Virus record (IMG/VR): IMGVR_UViG_3300013426_000014
Span: 1 to 64,000 of that record
Reading direction: 5' to 3' (one strand)
DNA: 64,000 nt
DNA from: a virus
Taxonomy: Duplodnaviria; Caudoviricetes
The notes beneath the pieces were generated by a model, which saw nothing but the letters and a program-made list of their open reading frames with translations, searched no databases and was not told where the DNA came from. The position numbers were made by a program, and so were the translations under genes. Of this stretch, positions 62,345 through 64,000 are shown piece by piece; within the stretch, counting starts at the first letter, position 1, and every line of letters begins with the position of its first letter.

Positions 62345-62782
62345 TTATGATTCTAATGCCGACATCATTTTGTCGTATTCGATTATTTCGGTGGCGGTGT
62401 CATCAGGGAAAAACCTGAGTGACTGCTCGATATCTTTCACCGAAATATTCCGGCCAACTGCGAACCTGCGTATCTGCGCCGCCGTTACCTTACGTCTCGC
62501 GTCGGTTTTCGCCTGAGACTTCTTAACGCCTTTCAAGTAAACCCAATTTGGAGTCCTGCCGCCGGACGCGGTCGAAAGATAATCCGACCAGAACCTGACG
62601 CCATCAACCGGATTGACTTTTGTGTTATTCAAAACCTGCGCCTGGAGCGGATATCTCGCGGCGACGCGCCTGTTGATCATGAACCAGTTGGACTTCACTG
62701 CCTGAACGGGAAGTGACCATATATAGGCGTGATCATTGAATAACGCGCCTATTATATTAAACAGTATATTATCAGACGCCAT
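62345..62782 (-). CDS. Hypothetical protein, weakly like clamp-loader small subunit (gp62)
   Basis: 145 aa, LFNII...FMINRR...AQVLN pattern, replication context. Confidence 0.4.
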   Translation of the reverse strand: MASDNILFNIIGALFNDHAYIWSLPVQAVKSNWFMINRRVAARYPLQAQVLNNTKVNPVDGVRFWSDYLSTASGGRTPNWVYLKGVKKSQAKTDARRKVTAAQIRRFAVGRNISVKDIEQSLRFFPDDTATEIIEYDKMMSALES

Positions 62783-62784
62783 GA

Positions 62785-64000
62785 CTAGAACAACCTGTTA
62801 ATCGGTGTAATATACTTATCAAGATCCTTGATGTCGTCAAAAATCTCATTCCGTTTCGCCTTGCCGTAATTCTTGTCGATGAACCGCGTGCCTTCCAGAA
62901 GCGTCTCCATCCGGAGCGTCTTGCCGAACACATAACCGTCCTGCGCCGCGTGGCCCACTGCGTAATCATAATCATCGACGACCTTCTCCGGAAACAACGT
63001 CGGATCAAGCACGACCAGCCGTCGCTGCCTGTCAGTCCGCGCGGTAAAATCGATGTCATCCGCGTCAGTCTTAAGAACGGACGACAAAGCGTCATGGAAC
63101 GGCTTGAGCGGGGCGAGCCGGATGAAATCGTCAGAATCATTGATGCCACACGCTTCGTTAATTTTATCCATCCTTTTCTCTGTGATCCTGGTCAGTTTCC
63201 CGTTCTTATAAAACTCGTAAAACGACGGGATGTTATCCGACATATCGCCGCACGCCATCTTGACAAGGATGACGCGGTCGGGGTCAATCCGGTCGATCTC
63301 AACCTTGTCACTCACCGCGAAAACACGCGTACGAGATTTCAGGTCGGCGCCACGGACACCGCACGTCGGATCAAACAGGCTTTCCCACGATATACCGGAC
63401 ACTGGAACCGGTTTCGGCTCATCCGGAGCGGAAAGCCAATCGGCAAACCCGTCCGTCACGGAAAACCGCTTGCTCTTCCGTCTGCCGGATGATATCGGGT
63501 CAAGCACACAGCAATATGATCCAGTCGCGCCGTCAAAATCAGCGAGCTGCGTCCAATCCTTATCAGATGACACGAACACCACGCTTTCATGCCGATCCGT
63601 ATACAGGTCACGCTTTATCAACGCCGCGACGTCATCCGCCTCGGCGTCAGGAATCTCATACACGATGACATTCTGTGATCTCAACACTTTTTTATACTCA
63701 TCAAACGCGTTGAAAATCGACTTCCAATCCTTGGTATCGTCTTTTTTCCTGTTCTCTTTGTACCCGACCTTCTCATCGGCAAGCAGAGCCTTCCTCCATG
63801 GATGTTTCGCGTCACAGCAAACAATCACTTTATCGGGGCGGATAAAGTTGATCATATACACCATATCGATCGCGAGCTTCCTTATGAGCACCGCCGTCTC
63901 TGCCTGTGTCGAGAAATCCTTAATCATCACGTCACCCGCGCCTTTCGTGAATGAACAGGTAAACAGCGCCCGCATCGCCATGTTGTTAAAGTCGAACACA
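62785..64000 (-). CDS. 5'-3' exonuclease / T4 RNase H-like, 5'-truncated by the window edge
   Basis: FDFNN, CCD...WRK...YKENR, EADD, VSSDKDWTQL, GDMSDNIP. Confidence 0.9.
   Translation of the reverse strand, partial: VFDFNNMAMRALFTCSFTKGAGDVMIKDFSTQAETAVLIRKLAIDMVYMINFIRPDKVIVCCDAKHPWRKALLADEKVGYKENRKKDDTKDWKSIFNAFDEYKKVLRSQNVIVYEIPDAEADDVAALIKRDLYTDRHESVVFVSSDKDWTQLADFDGATGSYCCVLDPISSGRRKSKRFSVTDGFADWLSAPDEPKPVPVSGISWESLFDPTCGVRGADLKSRTRVFAVSDKVEIDRIDPDRVILVKMACGDMSDNIPSFYEFYKNGKLTRITEKRMDKINEACGINDSDDFIRLAPLKPFHDALSSVLKTDADDIDFTARTDRQRRLVVLDPTLFPEKVVDDYDYAVGHAAQDGYVFGKTLRMETLLEGTRFIDKNYGKAKRNEIFDDIKDLDKYITPINRLF

Overview
Window from a large T4-like (gp18/19/20/21/23-type) myovirus, most likely a jumbo/megaphage resembling Lak-type phages. 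It holds tail genes (5'-truncated tape-measure-like protein, tube, sheath), head genes (major capsid, prohead protease, portal, gp2-like, gp4-like), replication/recombination genes (C-terminal half of a split PolB, SSB, NAD ligase, DinG-like helicase, UvsX/UvsY, 5'-3' exonuclease, RuvC-like), two Amidase_3 lysins, a MoxR/metallopeptidase/VWA trio, two DNA methyltransferases and a free-standing homing-type nuclease. Main result: the genome uses TGA as tryptophan (code 4). I counted about 45 in-frame TGA codons in about 22 genes by hand. They fall at conserved Trp positions and align with TGG in paralogs inside this window, and no gene I called needs TGA as its only stop. The supplied ORF track is therefore fragmented, and coordinates below are re-called with TGA=W. 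TGA use is uneven: 4 of 5 Trp codons in the endolysin, 0 of 52 in eight high-abundance structural and core replication genes. A second layer is a family of divergent LRR-like proteins sharing an acidic N-terminal cassette that follows an [LIVM]-x-E motif. That motif recurs in many late proteins and matches T4 gp21-type cleavage sites, which suggests a capsid-packaged cargo system. No tRNA, rRNA or CRISPR array was seen. All family assignments are by motif recognition, without database searches.
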